A stretch of 64,000 nucleotides of DNA from an uncultured Nitrospiraceae bacterium (GCA_963811165.1 CAWEQH010000001.1:224001-288000), one strand, 5' to 3'. Shown: positions 39,017 through 50,791, numbered from the stretch's first letter. Made by a program: numbers and translations. Notes: generated from the sequence alone by a model not told the origin.

Positions 39017-40231
39017 ATGGCACTTGTAAACCCGCATGGGAAGCAAAAAAAATTGATGCCTCTGCTTTTGACCGGCGAGGAATTGAAGGAGGAGAAACAG
39101 AAGGCGAAAACCCTTACTCAGGTAAGAGTAACTTCAAGAGAGACCGGCGACCTCATAATGATGGGAATCGGCGGGTTTACTCCGCTGAAGGGATTCATGG
39201 GTTATGATGACTGGAAGGGCGTATGCGATGAATACAAGATGGCGGACGGCGTCTTCTGGCCGATACCGGTCACCCTTTCCACCTCAGAGGGCCAGGCTAA
39301 CAGCATCAAGAAGAACCAGGAAATAGCGCTGATCGATGAAGAGTCCGGCGAACTCATGGCCACGATGAAGGTCAAGGACAAATATAAGATCGACAAGGCC
39401 CATGAATGTAAGCAGGTCTTCAAGACAACAGAGATGGAACACCCCGGCGTCGTGAAGGTAATGAACCAGGAAGAGATCAATCTCTCCGGCACGGTGAAGG
39501 TGCTGAGCGAAGGGATGTTCCCGAAACAGTTCGCGGGCGTGTATATGAAGCCTACTGAAACAAGAAAGATTTTTGAAGACAAGGGATGGAACACGGTCGC
39601 ATGCCTGCAGCTCAGGAACCCCATGCACAGGTCCCACGAATATCTGGCGAAGATCGCCATAGAGACGTGCGACGGCGTGCTCATCCATCAGCTCCTCGGA
39701 AAACTGAAAGAAGGCGACATACCGGCTGAAGTCAGGGTCAAGGCGATCAACAAGCTGACCGAGCTTTATTTCGTGAAAGACACGAGCATCCAGGCCGGCT
39801 ATCCCCTCGACATGAGATACGCTGGACCGCGCGAGGCGCTGCTCCATGCGCTTTTCAGGCAGAATTATGGATGTAGCCACCAAATCATCGGCCGCGACCA
39901 TGCAGGCGTCGGTGAATACTATGGTCCTTTCGATGCCCAGAAGATATTCGACGAGATCCCGGAAGGCGCGCTCGAGACCAAGCCTCTTAAGATCGATTGG
40001 ACATTCTATTGCACAAAGTGCGACGGCATGGCCTCGATGAGGACCTGCCCTCACGGCAAAGAAGACAGGCTTCTCCTGAGCGGCACAAAGCTCAGGAAAA
40101 TGCTTTCTGAGAACACGGAAGTTCCTGATCACTTCAGCCGTGCAGAAGTCCTCGAAATCCTAAAAGAATACTATGCAGGATTGACCGAGAAGGTCGAGAT
40201 TAAGGTACATAAATATTCAGAAGGCGCATAA
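39017..40231 (+). CDS. sat: Dissimilatory sulfate adenylyltransferase
   Basis: [33 protein letters not shown], CxxC..CPH Zn site. Confidence 0.98.
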   Translation: MALVNPHGKQKKLMPLLLTGEELKEEKQKAKTLTQVRVTSRETGDLIMMGIGGFTPLKGFMGYDDWKGVCDEYKMADGVFWPIPVTLSTSEGQANSIKKNQEIALIDEESGELMATMKVKDKYKIDKAHECKQVFKTTEMEHPGVVKVMNQEEINLSGTVKVLSEGMFPKQFAGVYMKPTETRKIFEDKGWNTVACLQLRNPMHRSHEYLAKIAIETCDGVLIHQLLGKLKEGDIPAEVRVKAINKLTELYFVKDTSIQAGYPLDMRYAGPREALLHALFRQNYGCSHQIIGRDHAGVGEYYGPFDAQKIFDEIPEGALETKPLKIDWTFYCTKCDGMASMRTCPHGKEDRLLLSGTKLRKMLSENTEVPDHFSRAEVLEILKEYYAGLTEKVEIKVHKYSEGA

Positions 40232-40248
40232 AAACAGTGGTATTGTGT

Positions 40249-40287
40249 AGTATTCGGTGTCAGATAAAGAAGCTGACACCGAATACT
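40249..40287. repeat. Perfect 15-bp hairpin between sat and aprB
   Basis: AGTATTCGGTGTCAG-N9-CTGACACCGAATACT, no U-tract. Confidence 0.8.
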
Positions 40288-40397
40288 GACACCGAGGAAA
40301 TGATGAGAGGGGGTGAAGTAGGAAGTTATAGGGTTTGGTTGTCGCATCGTAAAGTGATTGGTTACTAATATTCAATTCAAATAGGAGGTTAAGAGAT

Positions 40398-40844
40398 ATG
40401 CCAAGTTTTGTAGATCCCGCAAAGTGCGACGGATGTAAAGGCGGCGAAAAGACCGCATGCATGTACATCTGCCCGAGCGACTTAATGGTGTTGAACGTTG
40501 AATCGATGAAGGCTTACAACCAGGAGCCTGACCAGTGCTGGGAATGCTATTCCTGCGTAAAAATCTGTCCCCAGGGCGCAATCTCGGTTAGGGCGTATTC
40601 TGATATCGTACCTCTCGGCGGCATGGTATCTCCGATGATGAGTTCCGACTCGATCATGTGGACGATCCAGTTCAGAAACGGCAACCTGCAGAGGTTCAAG
40701 TTCCCGATCAGGACGACCCCTGAGGGCTCGATCGATCCGAAGAACGCAGCCCACAAGGGCAAGAATCTCGATTCGGAGCAGCTTTCGGACGAAGAGATCG
40801 ATAATTTTACGCTTGCAAAGCCGAGTGCTATATTCGGCAAATAG
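40398..40844 (+). CDS. aprB: Adenylylsulfate reductase beta subunit
   Basis: CDGCKGGEKTACMYICP, CWECYSCVKICPQ, RFKFPIRTTPEG. Confidence 0.98.
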   Translation: MPSFVDPAKCDGCKGGEKTACMYICPSDLMVLNVESMKAYNQEPDQCWECYSCVKICPQGAISVRAYSDIVPLGGMVSPMMSSDSIMWTIQFRNGNLQRFKFPIRTTPEGSIDPKNAAHKGKNLDSEQLSDEEIDNFTLAKPSAIFGK

Positions 40845-40879
40845 TTTAATAAAAAAATTACAACAGGAGGAATAGAAAT

Positions 40880-42844
40880 ATGGCATTACCGAATAAGCCA
40901 GCCGGAGAATTACTGGCAACGTTAGATCCCGCTGTAGTCGAGCTCGAGACCGACATACTTATCGTCGGAGGCGGTATGGCGGCGTGCGGAACTGCGTACG
41001 AGATAAAGAAATGGGCCCCTGAAGGAACGAAGATCCTTCTTTGTGACAAGGCCGCCCTCGAGAGAAGCGGCGCGGTCGCTCAGGGCCTTTCCGCGATCAA
41101 CACCTACCTCGGCGAGAATACCCCTGATGACTATGTCAGAATGATCAGGAACGACCTCATGGGTATCGTAAGGGAAGACCTGATCTTCGACTGCGGAAGA
41201 CACGTAGACAGATCAGTTTATCTTTTCGAAGAGTGGGGCCTCCCGATCTGGAAGACCCTCGAAGACGGAAAGACAGTCGACGGCGCACAGGGCGCACCGA
41301 CCCTCAAGGTCAAGACAAAGCCCGTCCGTTCAGGCCGCTGGCAGATCATGATCAATGGCGAGTCTTACAAAAGGATCGTGGCTGAAGCTGCCAAGGCAGC
41401 CCTCGGCACCGAGAACATTATCGAACGATGCTTTATTGTAAAGCTCGTCCTCGATAAAAACGAGCCCAACAGGATCGCAGGCGCGGTTGGTTTCAGCGTC
41501 AGGGAAAATAAGGTATATGTTATCAAGACCAACGCGATGATGGTTGCATGCGGCGGCGCGGTCAACGTATTCAGGCCGAGGGCTACCGGTGAAGGTATGG
41601 GCAGATGCTGGTACCCTGTCTGGAACGCAGGTTCTACCTACACCCTTTGCCAGGAAGTCGGCGCAGAGATGACGATGATGGAAAACAGGTTCGTCCCCGC
41701 AAGATTTAAAGACGGCTACGGCCCTGTCGGAGCATGGTTTCTTCTCTTCAAGGCAAAGGCAACCAACACCCTCGGCGAAAACTATATGTCAACGAACGCC
41801 GAGATGCTCAAACAGTATCCTCCGTACGGATTGGCAAAAGTACCTGCTTCCTGCCTGAGAAACCACCTCATGCTGAAAGAGATGAGGGAAGGCAGAGGCC
41901 CGATCTACATGGATACGCCTACCGCATTGAAGACCCTTTCCGCAAACATGACCCCGAAGGAAGTGAAGCACCTTCTGGCAGAGGCATGGGAAGACTTCCT
42001 CGACATGTCAGTGGGCCAGGCAGGCCTCTGGGCAGGCACGAACACCGAGCCTGAGAAGGTCGGTTCCGAGATTATGCCGACAGAGCCTTATCTCCTTGGC
42101 TCGCACTCAGGCTGCTGCGGTATATGGGCTGCCGGCCCGAATGAAGATTGGGTGCCTGAAGCATACAAGATCATGTACAAGGGCAAAAATTACAACAAAA
42201 TGACCACTGTCAACGGCCTCTTCACCGCCGGCGACGGCACAGGCGCTTCCGGCCATAAGTTCTCCTCCGGCTCACATGCCGAAGGCAGGCAGGTTGCAAA
42301 GTCCATGGCCAGGTTTGTCAGGGACAACAAGGACTTCAAGCCTGCTCTCCAAGAATCTCCGAAGGAACTTGCCGATATCGTTTACAAGCCGGTCAAGACC
42401 TTCCTGGAGCACTATCAGAAATCGACAGCTGTTGATGTTAATGTGAATTACATCAAGCCGGCCGGCTTCCAGAGAAGGCTCATGAAGATCGCCGACGAGT
42501 ACGGCGCAGGCATTGCAACATCTTATGTCACTAGCAAAGCCATGCTTGACAGGGCATTCCACCTCTTCGGCATGCTCAGGGAAGACTCCGAGAAGATGGC
42601 TGCAGGCGACCTCCACGAACTGCTCAGGGCCTGGGAGAACTACCACAGGCTCGGCACCATCGAGTCCCATCTCAGACACATCCTCTTCAGGGAAGAGTCC
42701 AGGTACCCCGGCTTCTATTACAGATCTGACTTCGACCTAGTTGACGAGAAGAACTGGAAGTGCTTTGTGAACTCGAAGTATGATCCTGCGAAGAAGGAAT
42801 GGTCCGTATTCAAGAAGGATTACATCCAGATAATACCTGACTAA
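40880..42844 (+). CDS. aprA: Adenylylsulfate reductase alpha subunit
   Basis: GGGMAACG, SGAVAQGLSAIN, WQIMINGESYK, HKFSSGSHAEG, REESRYPG. Confidence 0.98.
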   Translation: MALPNKPAGELLATLDPAVVELETDILIVGGGMAACGTAYEIKKWAPEGTKILLCDKAALERSGAVAQGLSAINTYLGENTPDDYVRMIRNDLMGIVREDLIFDCGRHVDRSVYLFEEWGLPIWKTLEDGKTVDGAQGAPTLKVKTKPVRSGRWQIMINGESYKRIVAEAAKAALGTENIIERCFIVKLVLDKNEPNRIAGAVGFSVRENKVYVIKTNAMMVACGGAVNVFRPRATGEGMGRCWYPVWNAGSTYTLCQEVGAEMTMMENRFVPARFKDGYGPVGAWFLLFKAKATNTLGENYMSTNAEMLKQYPPYGLAKVPASCLRNHLMLKEMREGRGPIYMDTPTALKTLSANMTPKEVKHLLAEAWEDFLDMSVGQAGLWAGTNTEPEKVGSEIMPTEPYLLGSHSGCCGIWAAGPNEDWVPEAYKIMYKGKNYNKMTTVNGLFTAGDGTGASGHKFSSGSHAEGRQVAKSMARFVRDNKDFKPALQESPKELADIVYKPVKTFLEHYQKSTAVDVNVNYIKPAGFQRRLMKIADEYGAGIATSYVTSKAMLDRAFHLFGMLREDSEKMAAGDLHELLRAWENYHRLGTIESHLRHILFREESRYPGFYYRSDFDLVDEKNWKCFVNSKYDPAKKEWSVFKKDYIQIIPD

Positions 42845-42874
42845 TCTGACGCGCTAAGGAGCTGTTTTTATTGT

Positions 42875-42907
42875 GTGTGCCCAGGGGCAGGCGGTCCCTG
42901 GGCACAC
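42875..42907 (+). terminator. Strong hairpin after aprA (stabiliser or partial terminator)
   Basis: GTGTGCCCAGGG-N9-CCCTGGGCACAC, no downstream U-tract. Confidence 0.6.
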
Positions 42908-43092
42908 GAGATTAAGTGACTGCAGATTAGGCAAAGGAATTTAGAAGGTCGAATTCTTTTGGCCAGTCTACAGACTGACCGTTCTTAGGGGTCGGCAAGT
43001 GCTTACCCTGGGGGACGGCATGCGAAAGGGTCAAGGCGTTGCCCTTAGATTAAATATAAGGCAGTTAACCGAAGCAAAGATGGAGGAACAAC

Positions 43093-44357
43093 ATGGCGGA
43101 TGAGAAGACCGGAACCCCCGAATCAGGAACGATCTTAGTAGTAGGGGGAGGAATCAGCGGTATCACCACTGCGCTTGAAGCTGCGGAGGTCGGATACGAG
43201 GTATTTATAGTCGAAAAGAACCCATATCTTGGCGGCAGGGTGGCCCAGGACTAAACAAGTACTTCCCGAAGCTATGCCCTCCTACCTGCGGCCTGGAGAT
43301 CAATTTTCAGAGGATAAAGAAGAACAACCTTGTAAAATGGTTTACCCTTACCGAGGTGGAGAAGATTTCCGGCGGCCCGGGGAATTACGATGTCACGCTC
43401 AAAGAGAGCCCGCGCTATGTGAACAATAACTGCACGTGTTGCGGCAAGTGTGCCGAGGCGTGCGATGTCGAGATACCCAATGACCTTCAATTTCGGTATG
43501 GACAAGAGAAAGGCCGCGTACCTTCCCCATGAGATGGCGTTTCCCCAGAGATATGTGCTTGACCCCTCCATTGCCGGGACGAAGACAGCCCAGAAGTGTA
43601 AGGACGCATGCCCCTACAACGCGATAGACCTCGATGACAAGGCAAAGACATTCAATATCAAGGTGGCCTCAATCGTCTGGGCGACGGGATGGAACCCCTA
43701 TGACCCGTCGAAGATGACGAACCTCTCTTTCGGGAAGGTCCAGAATGTGATCACCAACATGATGATGGAAAGGCTTGCGGCTGCCAACGGCCCCACAAAT
43801 GGTAAGATCGTGAGGCCGTCCGACGGCAAGGTCGTCAACAACATAGCATTTGTTCAGTGCGCAGGATCGAGGGATGAAAATCATCTCCCTTTTGTTCATA
43901 TATATGCTGCCTCGCTTCCCTGAAACAGACGACGTATATAAGGGAAGCAAACCCGGAATCGAAGGCGACGATATTTTATATCGATTTAAGGACGCCCGGG
44001 AGATACGAAAAATTCTATAAGAAGGTGAAGGCCGACGCCAATGTTTCCTTTGTCAAGGGGAAGGTCGCGAAGATCGAAGAAGACCCTGCCACGAAGGACG
44101 TTGTCGTCACCGTAGAGGACACGCTGTCAGGCAAGAAGATACATGCAAGCTTTGATATGGTCGTGCTCGCTACCGGCATGGAACCTTCCACCGCACAGGT
44201 CAAGGTCCCGGGTAATGCGAAATATGATGAAAACAACTTTGTCGTTTCAGCGGAGATACTGGCCACAGGATGCGTAAAGAAGCCGTCGGACGTGATGTCA
44301 TCAGGACAGACGGCTACAGGTACCGCGCTCAAGGCCATTCAAATGGTGAGGAGGTAA
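43093..44357 (+). CDS. qmoA: QmoA (HdrA-like flavoprotein), three apparent indels near 43250, 43485 and 43891
   Basis: [43 protein letters not shown](F)CSYICC; located between aprA and qmoB. Confidence 0.92.
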
Positions 44358-44363
44358 CTACAG

Positions 44364-46721
44364 ATGGAAAAGAAACTCGGTGTATATATATGTGGGGGAT
44401 GCTCGATAGGGGAAGGCCTTGATCTCGAAAAGCTCTCCCTCATCGCGACCAAAGAATACAAGATCCCGCTTTGCAAGACCCATCCCGCCATGTGCGGCGA
44501 AGAAGGAGTTGGGACGATCAAGAAGGACATGGAGACCGAAGGAGTCAACACCGTGGTCATCGCGGCCTGCTCGGGAAGGGTCAAGTATGATGTCTTTGAT
44601 TTCGGTCCGGCGAACATAGTGGAGAGGGTGAATATAAGAGAACAAGTCGTCTGGAGTCATGACTGGACAAAGCAGGTGAAGGTCAAGACAAAGGACGCCG
44701 AAGGAAATGATGTTGTCAAAGAAGAGACCCAGCGCAATGACGATACCCAGATGCTTGCAGAGGACTACCTCAGGATGGGTATTGTCAAGGCCCAGAAGAT
44801 GAACCAGGTCGACCCTTATCTGCTCGAAAATGTCGAAAAGAGTATTCTTGTCATCGGGGGGGGGATTACTGGATTGACCTCAGCGATTGAGGCCGCAAAG
44901 ACCGGTTATGAGGTTACGATCGTCGAAAAGGCCGCGCAGCTTGGCGGATACGCCGCAAAGCAGCGCAAGCAGATACCGACAAAGGCCCCCTATACTGATC
45001 TGGAACCGAACACAATTCAGGATAAGATAAAAGAAGCCGAAGGTAATTCCAAAATAACGATCAAGACGGGTATAGAAATAGCCAGGATCAGCGGAGGCCC
45101 CGGGCAGTTCGATGTCTCATTCAAACCTTCCGGCACAAAGTCCAAATGGGACATTCCGCCCAAGAAGAAGGAAGAGGATAAAGATAAACCTGCAGAGGCC
45201 GCCGAGAAGCCGGCCGAGGAACCGGTAGAGCTTCCGGCCGATCAGATCAAGTGTGAGGACATTCTCACTTCGGATCCGGACGCCGAACGTTTCGGCGCGG
45301 TAATCGTTGCTGCCGGCGGAAGGCCTTCCGACCCTTCTGCATTCGAGCATCTTGGGTACGGCAAGTTTGCAAACGTGATCACGAATGTGATGCTGGAGGA
45401 AACCGCCTCCAAGGGCAAGATCGTCAGGCCTTCGGACGGCAAAGCGGCAAAGACAGTTGCCTTTATTCAGAGCCCCGGCCTGAACGGAGATGACAGCGAT
45501 TTTCCTTACGCCTCATCTGTAACGAGCATGATATCTCTGAAGCAGGCGAACTATCTGACGGAAGACTATGCTGACGGCAAGGCCTATATATTTTACAAGC
45601 ATATGCGCACGCCGGGGCACTATGAGAATTTCTACAAGTCGGCACAGAACAACCCCGGAGTTTTCCTGACCAGGGGTGAGGTCAAGTCAGTCACCGAAAA
45701 AGCGGACAAGGGCCTGACTGTCGAGATCGACGATACCATCCTCGGCGAAAAGATCGCGGTGGATGTCGACCTTGTGGTACTGGCGGCGGGTATGACCCCG
45801 GAGACCCAGTTTGAGCCGGTGATAAATCTCGCATACAGGCAGGGACCGGCTTTCAGGGACCTTGAACTCTTTGACGGCTATGCCGATTCCAACTATATTT
45901 GTTTCCCTTATGAGACGAGACGTACCGGGATCTATACCGCAGGGAACGTCAGACAGACCATGACGAACGGCGAGTGCATCGAGGACGCCACGGGCGCTGC
46001 ACTTAAGGCAATACAGTGTCTTGAGTCCACGAACAGAGGCATGGCCGTGCATCCGAGGTCGGGAGATATGTCCTTCCCGGAGTTCTTCTTCCAGCGGTGT
46101 ACGCAGTGCAAGAGATGCACGGAGGAATGCCCCTTCGGCGCGCTTGACGACGACGAAAAGGGTACGCCCAAGCCCAACCCGACAAGGTGCAGGAGATGCG
46201 GTACGTGTATGGGCGCCTGTCCCGAGAGGATCGTATCCTTTAAGAACTATCACATTGACATGATAGGCTCGATGGTCAAGGCGATCAATGTCCCGGACGA
46301 GGAGGAGGAAAAATACAGGATCGTAGCCTTTGTCTGCGAAAACGACGCATTGCCCGCACTGGATATGGCCGGCCTGCATAAACTGAAATATTCTGCCGAC
46401 ATCAGGTTCATCCCGGTCCGCTGCCTTGGCTCGGTAAACACGATATGGATAGCGGATGCGATGTCAAAGGGCAATGACGGTGTGCTTCTCATCGGCTGCA
46501 AATATGGCGATGATTATCAGTGCCACTTCGTAAAGGGAAGCGAGCTTTGCAATAAGAGAATGGACAACGTGGCCGAGACGCTGGGGAAACTGAGACTGGA
46601 GCCCGTCAGGGTGCAGCAGATCCAGTTTTCGATAGACGAATATGACAAGATCCCGGAAGTGATCGGCAAATTCGTCGAAGTAATAGAAGGCGTAGGCTTC
46701 AACCCGATGAAGGGATTTTAG
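44364..46721 (+). CDS. qmoB: QmoB (HdrA-like plus MvhD domain)
   Basis: IGGGITG FAD motif, CTQCKRCTEECP, CRRCGTCMGACP, C-terminal CENDA..VRCLG..GC..QCHF. Confidence 0.96.
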   Translation: MEKKLGVYICGGCSIGEGLDLEKLSLIATKEYKIPLCKTHPAMCGEEGVGTIKKDMETEGVNTVVIAACSGRVKYDVFDFGPANIVERVNIREQVVWSHDWTKQVKVKTKDAEGNDVVKEETQRNDDTQMLAEDYLRMGIVKAQKMNQVDPYLLENVEKSILVIGGGITGLTSAIEAAKTGYEVTIVEKAAQLGGYAAKQRKQIPTKAPYTDLEPNTIQDKIKEAEGNSKITIKTGIEIARISGGPGQFDVSFKPSGTKSKWDIPPKKKEEDKDKPAEAAEKPAEEPVELPADQIKCEDILTSDPDAERFGAVIVAAGGRPSDPSAFEHLGYGKFANVITNVMLEETASKGKIVRPSDGKAAKTVAFIQSPGLNGDDSDFPYASSVTSMISLKQANYLTEDYADGKAYIFYKHMRTPGHYENFYKSAQNNPGVFLTRGEVKSVTEKADKGLTVEIDDTILGEKIAVDVDLVVLAAGMTPETQFEPVINLAYRQGPAFRDLELFDGYADSNYICFPYETRRTGIYTAGNVRQTMTNGECIEDATGAALKAIQCLESTNRGMAVHPRSGDMSFPEFFFQRCTQCKRCTEECPFGALDDDEKGTPKPNPTRCRRCGTCMGACPERIVSFKNYHIDMIGSMVKAINVPDEEEEKYRIVAFVCENDALPALDMAGLHKLKYSADIRFIPVRCLGSVNTIWIADAMSKGNDGVLLIGCKYGDDYQCHFVKGSELCNKRMDNVAETLGKLRLEPVRVQQIQFSIDEYDKIPEVIGKFVEVIEGVGFNPMKGF

Positions 46722-46731
46722 GAGGTAATAC

Positions 46732-47901
46732 ATGGCTGAAGGCAAGTTGATTAACCCTGATTTAGATTTTGTAAAGAGGATCATGAATTCGGGCGGCGAG
46801 TCGCTCAAGAAGTGCTATCAATGCGCTACGTGCTCCGTTGTGTGCAATATGACGCCGGACGACAAGCCCTTCCCGAGAAAAGAGATGATACACGCTCAGT
46901 GGGGGCTGAAGGAGAAACTCTTCGGCAATCCGGATATCTGGATATGCCATCAGTGCAGCGATTGTACGGCCTATTGCCCCAGGGGAGCTAAGCCCGGAGA
47001 AGTCCTTGGCGCAATAAGGAAAGTGAGCATTGAGCACTACTCGTTCCCGTCTTTCCTTGGCAGGATGGTCGGAGACCCGAAGTTCTTAGTCTTTCTCCTT
47101 TTGGTGCCGGTGGTGTTATTTGCAGTAGTGGCTCCCTATCTGGGACACCTTATTCCATCGGAATATCTGGAAGGTCACACGCCGGGATATCTGAATGAGC
47201 TGATCACCTCCAATGATACGATCGTGTATGCCGAGAAATTTATGCCCGTCCCTTTCATCGATACAGTCTTCGGCGCTGCGGCGCTCTTTGCAGCCTTCGG
47301 GTTCTTCATAGGAATCAGGAAGTATTGGAAGGACCTCACCGCATACAACGGTAAGCCGAAAGGATCTATTATCAGCGCGCTTATCGCAACGATTACGGAC
47401 TTTCTGGCACACAAGAACTTCAAGAAATGCGAGGTGACGGTCGACAGGTCAAAATCCCATCTTTTCGTTTTCTACGGCTTTGTCGGTCTAGCTATAACCA
47501 CGACCTGGGCGATCTTTTACCTATACGGCCTGCATAGGGAATCTCCCTATCCGTTGTACGACCCGATGAAGTTGCTCGGAAACGCAAGTGCTCTGGGGCT
47601 CCTGCTCGGTATATTTTGGGTGATCTATAACAGACTGAGAAACGCAGAAAAGGCCGGAGGGGGCAGCTATTATGACTGGCTCTTCATCGGCGTTGTGCTG
47701 ACGATCGTTTCTACTGGGATACTCAGCGAAGTGCTGAGGCTCCTCGGGATCGCACTGCTTGCGTATCCTGTCTATTTCATACATCTGGTTGCTATTTTCT
47801 TCCTCTTTGCATATGCGCCTTTCTCAAAAATGGCCCATATGGTATACAGAACGACCGCTCTTGTCTATGCTAAGAGCGTCGGCAGGGAGATAGGAAACTA
47901 A
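46732..47901 (+). CDS. qmoC: QmoC (HdrC-like Fe-S plus heme b membrane domain)
   Basis: CYQCATCSVVC, CHQCSDCTAYCPRG, about 6 TM segments, FSKMAH. Confidence 0.96.
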   Translation: MAEGKLINPDLDFVKRIMNSGGESLKKCYQCATCSVVCNMTPDDKPFPRKEMIHAQWGLKEKLFGNPDIWICHQCSDCTAYCPRGAKPGEVLGAIRKVSIEHYSFPSFLGRMVGDPKFLVFLLLVPVVLFAVVAPYLGHLIPSEYLEGHTPGYLNELITSNDTIVYAEKFMPVPFIDTVFGAAALFAAFGFFIGIRKYWKDLTAYNGKPKGSIISALIATITDFLAHKNFKKCEVTVDRSKSHLFVFYGFVGLAITTTWAIFYLYGLHRESPYPLYDPMKLLGNASALGLLLGIFWVIYNRLRNAEKAGGGSYYDWLFIGVVLTIVSTGILSEVLRLLGIALLAYPVYFIHLVAIFFLFAYAPFSKMAHMVYRTTALVYAKSVGREIGN

Positions 47902-47948
47902 ACAGGGCTGTATGACTTTGATACAGCAGAAAGAGCAGGAGGAATACT

Positions 47949-48392
47949 TTGGCAACAGTTAAGGAAATATTAGGGACGATCGAAAGGCATATTTTTTCTA
48001 TCGACAAGGGCAGGACCGTCGCAGACGCGGTAAGCCAGCTGGTTGAAAACGAGATCGGGGCGCTGGTCGTTACGGACGGCGAAAAGCCTGTAGGGATGTT
48101 TACCGAGAGGGATGTTCTCAAATGCTGGACCAGAAAGGCCGATCGCCACTTCAAGGACATCAATATCTCCGAAGTCATGAGCACGAACCTCATTATCGCA
48201 GAGGCCGATGACGACCTTTGTTATGTGACGACTATCATGATCAAAAACAGGATCAGGCATCTGCCTGTCCTCGACAAAAGCAAGATCGTTGCAATGCTCT
48301 CCATAAGAGACGTCGTCAAGGCTCAGGTGACGGACCTCAGAGCGGAAAACCACTATCTGAAGGACTATATCTCGGACAAATATCCAGGGTGA
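47949..48392 (+). CDS. Standalone CBS-pair protein
   Basis: GMFTERD, IRHLPV, LSIRDVV; TTG start after SD AGGAGG. Confidence 0.92.
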   Translation: MATVKEILGTIERHIFSIDKGRTVADAVSQLVENEIGALVVTDGEKPVGMFTERDVLKCWTRKADRHFKDINISEVMSTNLIIAEADDDLCYVTTIMIKNRIRHLPVLDKSKIVAMLSIRDVVKAQVTDLRAENHYLKDYISDKYPG

Positions 48393-48522
48393 TCTTTGCA
48401 TGACTTGTTATTGCTTATCAGATAATTCACGATTCTTAATAAAGGAGGTGACGGCCGGAGCATTAAAGTTTTTTTAGGGGTGTTTTAGCCTTACCGACAT
48501 TTATCACAAAAGGAGGAGTTTA

Positions 48523-50601
48523 ATGAGTAATACAATACTTTTTGCCTTGGGTTGCGGAGTATTAGGCATTATTTACGCCGTGATGACCGCAATGTGGGTA
48601 TCAAAGCAGGACGCAGGAAGTGCGAAGATGCAGGAGATTTCGAATGCCGTCAAAGAGGGCGCATATGCATTTTTAGCCCGTGAGTATAAAACTGTTGCAA
48701 TGGTTGCCGTTGTACTGGTTATTATTATTGCCGCGATACCCCAGCTCGGTATGTGGGCAGCTATCGGTTTCGTAATCGGAACTGTTGGTTCAGCATTTGC
48801 AGGCTTTGTCGGTATGTGGGTCACTGTTCGTGCAAATGTGAGAACAACAGCGGCCGCAAGCAGGGGTCTTCAGGCTGCACTCGGGCTTGCCTTTAAGGGT
48901 GGCTCAGTTACAGGTGTTATGGTCGTCGGTACCGGAATCATAGGTCTGGCCGGCTTTTATTTTATTGCAAAGCAAATGGCCCCTGAGCAGGCATTCCATG
49001 CACTGATCGGTCTTGGCTTCGGGTGCTCACTAATGAGCGTTTTCGCCCGTATCGCCGGCGGAATCTACACAAAGGCAGCAGACGTAGGAGCTGACCTTGT
49101 TGGAAAAGTTGAAGCAGGAATTCCTGAGGATGATCCCAGAAACCCAGCAGTTATCGCTGACAACGTCGGCGACAACGTCGGTGACTGCGCGGGTATGGCG
49201 GCCGACCTTTATGAGACATATACAGTTACGCTGGTTGCGGCAATGCTTCTTGCAAAGACTGTTTTTGGCGCTGAGAGCCCATGGGTGGAATTTCCGTTGA
49301 TGCTCGGCGGCATATCCATTATCGCCTCGATTATCGGGACGTTTGCAGTAAGGCTTGGCAAAAGCCAGTATATCATGGGCGCCCTCTATAAGGGTCTTGC
49401 TGTCGCAGGTGTTCTTGCGGCAATAACCTTTTATATCGTGACAGGCGAGTTCCTGAAAGGTGTTGATGCGGCCTCAATGGCAACTCACCCGTCATTTACA
49501 CAGATGAATGTATTTCTTATGGCGCTTATCGGTCTTGCATTGACCGGACTGATCGTGGCCATAACAGAATATTTTACCGCTAAGGAGTACGGCCCGGTGC
49601 AGCACATTGCACAGGCAAGTCTGACCGGCCACGGCACAAACGTGATCGCCGGTCTCGCAGTCAGCATGAAGTCAACCGCTGCTCCTGTTATAGTTATCGT
49701 AGCCTCGATCCTTGGCGCTTATCAATTGGGCGGCGGGTTTGCCGGGGACATGACTGGCGGCCTTTTTGCAATAGCCCTCTCGGCTGTTTCGATGCTTTCG
49801 ATGACAGGTATCGTTGTTGCGATTGACTCGTATGGTCCTATTACAGACAATGCAGGCGGTATCGCAGAGATGTCAGGACTGCCCGAAGAGATCCGTAATA
49901 TCACAGACCCCCTGGATGCAGTCGGAAACACAACAAAGGCTGTTACAAAGGGCTATGCTATCGGCTCAGCAGCACTTGCAGCCCTCGTGCTTTTTGCGGA
50001 GTACTCGCGGTCGTTCCCAACGACCATTCTATTTGACCTTTCAAACCCGATGGTCTTGGCTGGTCTCTTTATCGGCGGACTTCTTCCCTATTATTACGGC
50101 TCGCTTCTTATGGAGGCTGTCGGCAAGGCAGCAGGGAGCATCGTTGAGGAAGTCAGAAGACAGTTCAGGGAAATCCCCGGCATTATGGAATACAAGGCAA
50201 AGCCGGAGTACGGCAAGTGCGTTGACATTGTCACAAAAGGCGCCATCAGACAGATGATGCTCCCTGCCCTTATACCCGTTGTCGTTCCTATTGTGGTAGG
50301 TCTTGGTCTTGGCAAAGAGGCCCTCGGCGGAGTTCTTATCGGGAGTATCCTGACCGGACTCTTCCAGGCGATCGCCATGACAAGCGGCGGCGGCGCATGG
50401 GACAACGCCAAAAAATCCTTTGAAGACGGCGTTACCGACTCCAAGGGTGTTATTCATAAGAAGGGTAGCGATGGACACAAGGCCTCTGTTACGGGTGACA
50501 CGGTCGGCGATCCTTACAAAGACACCGCAGGTCCTGCGATCAACCCTATGATCAAGGTTATCAACATCGTTGCACTCTTGATCGTTCCAATGATGAAATA
50601 G
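48523..50601 (+). CDS. hppA: Membrane-bound H+-translocating pyrophosphatase, predicted K+-independent
   Basis: [26 protein letters not shown] with Lys at the K+-independence position, [10 protein letters not shown]. Confidence 0.96.
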   Translation: MSNTILFALGCGVLGIIYAVMTAMWVSKQDAGSAKMQEISNAVKEGAYAFLAREYKTVAMVAVVLVIIIAAIPQLGMWAAIGFVIGTVGSAFAGFVGMWVTVRANVRTTAAASRGLQAALGLAFKGGSVTGVMVVGTGIIGLAGFYFIAKQMAPEQAFHALIGLGFGCSLMSVFARIAGGIYTKAADVGADLVGKVEAGIPEDDPRNPAVIADNVGDNVGDCAGMAADLYETYTVTLVAAMLLAKTVFGAESPWVEFPLMLGGISIIASIIGTFAVRLGKSQYIMGALYKGLAVAGVLAAITFYIVTGEFLKGVDAASMATHPSFTQMNVFLMALIGLALTGLIVAITEYFTAKEYGPVQHIAQASLTGHGTNVIAGLAVSMKSTAAPVIVIVASILGAYQLGGGFAGDMTGGLFAIALSAVSMLSMTGIVVAIDSYGPITDNAGGIAEMSGLPEEIRNITDPLDAVGNTTKAVTKGYAIGSAALAALVLFAEYSRSFPTTILFDLSNPMVLAGLFIGGLLPYYYGSLLMEAVGKAAGSIVEEVRRQFREIPGIMEYKAKPEYGKCVDIVTKGAIRQMMLPALIPVVVPIVVGLGLGKEALGGVLIGSILTGLFQAIAMTSGGGAWDNAKKSFEDGVTDSKGVIHKKGSDGHKASVTGDTVGDPYKDTAGPAINPMIKVINIVALLIVPMMK

Positions 50602-50623
50602 TTTAGATAGTTTATAACAGCGG

Positions 50624-50658
50624 AAAGCCGATTCCGGGGCATCGGAATCGGCTTTTTT
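50624..50658 (+). terminator. Intrinsic terminator after hppA
   Basis: AAAGCCGATTCCG-N6-CGGAATCGGCTTT plus T-run. Confidence 0.9.
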
Positions 50659-50791
50659 GTTATAATAAAACGTTAGAAAAAGGCATTTCACTTATGCATG
50701 CAGATTTTATCAAGATAATTTCCCGATAGACCCATTTTTTTGTGGGGTATTTTGTGAGAATATGCTGTGATTTTTTTGAAGGGGTGTAAAG

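Noticed and set aside
44364..46721. Selenocysteine in QmoA/QmoB
   Set aside because: Conserved positions are Cys; the TGA at 43921 results from an upstream indel.
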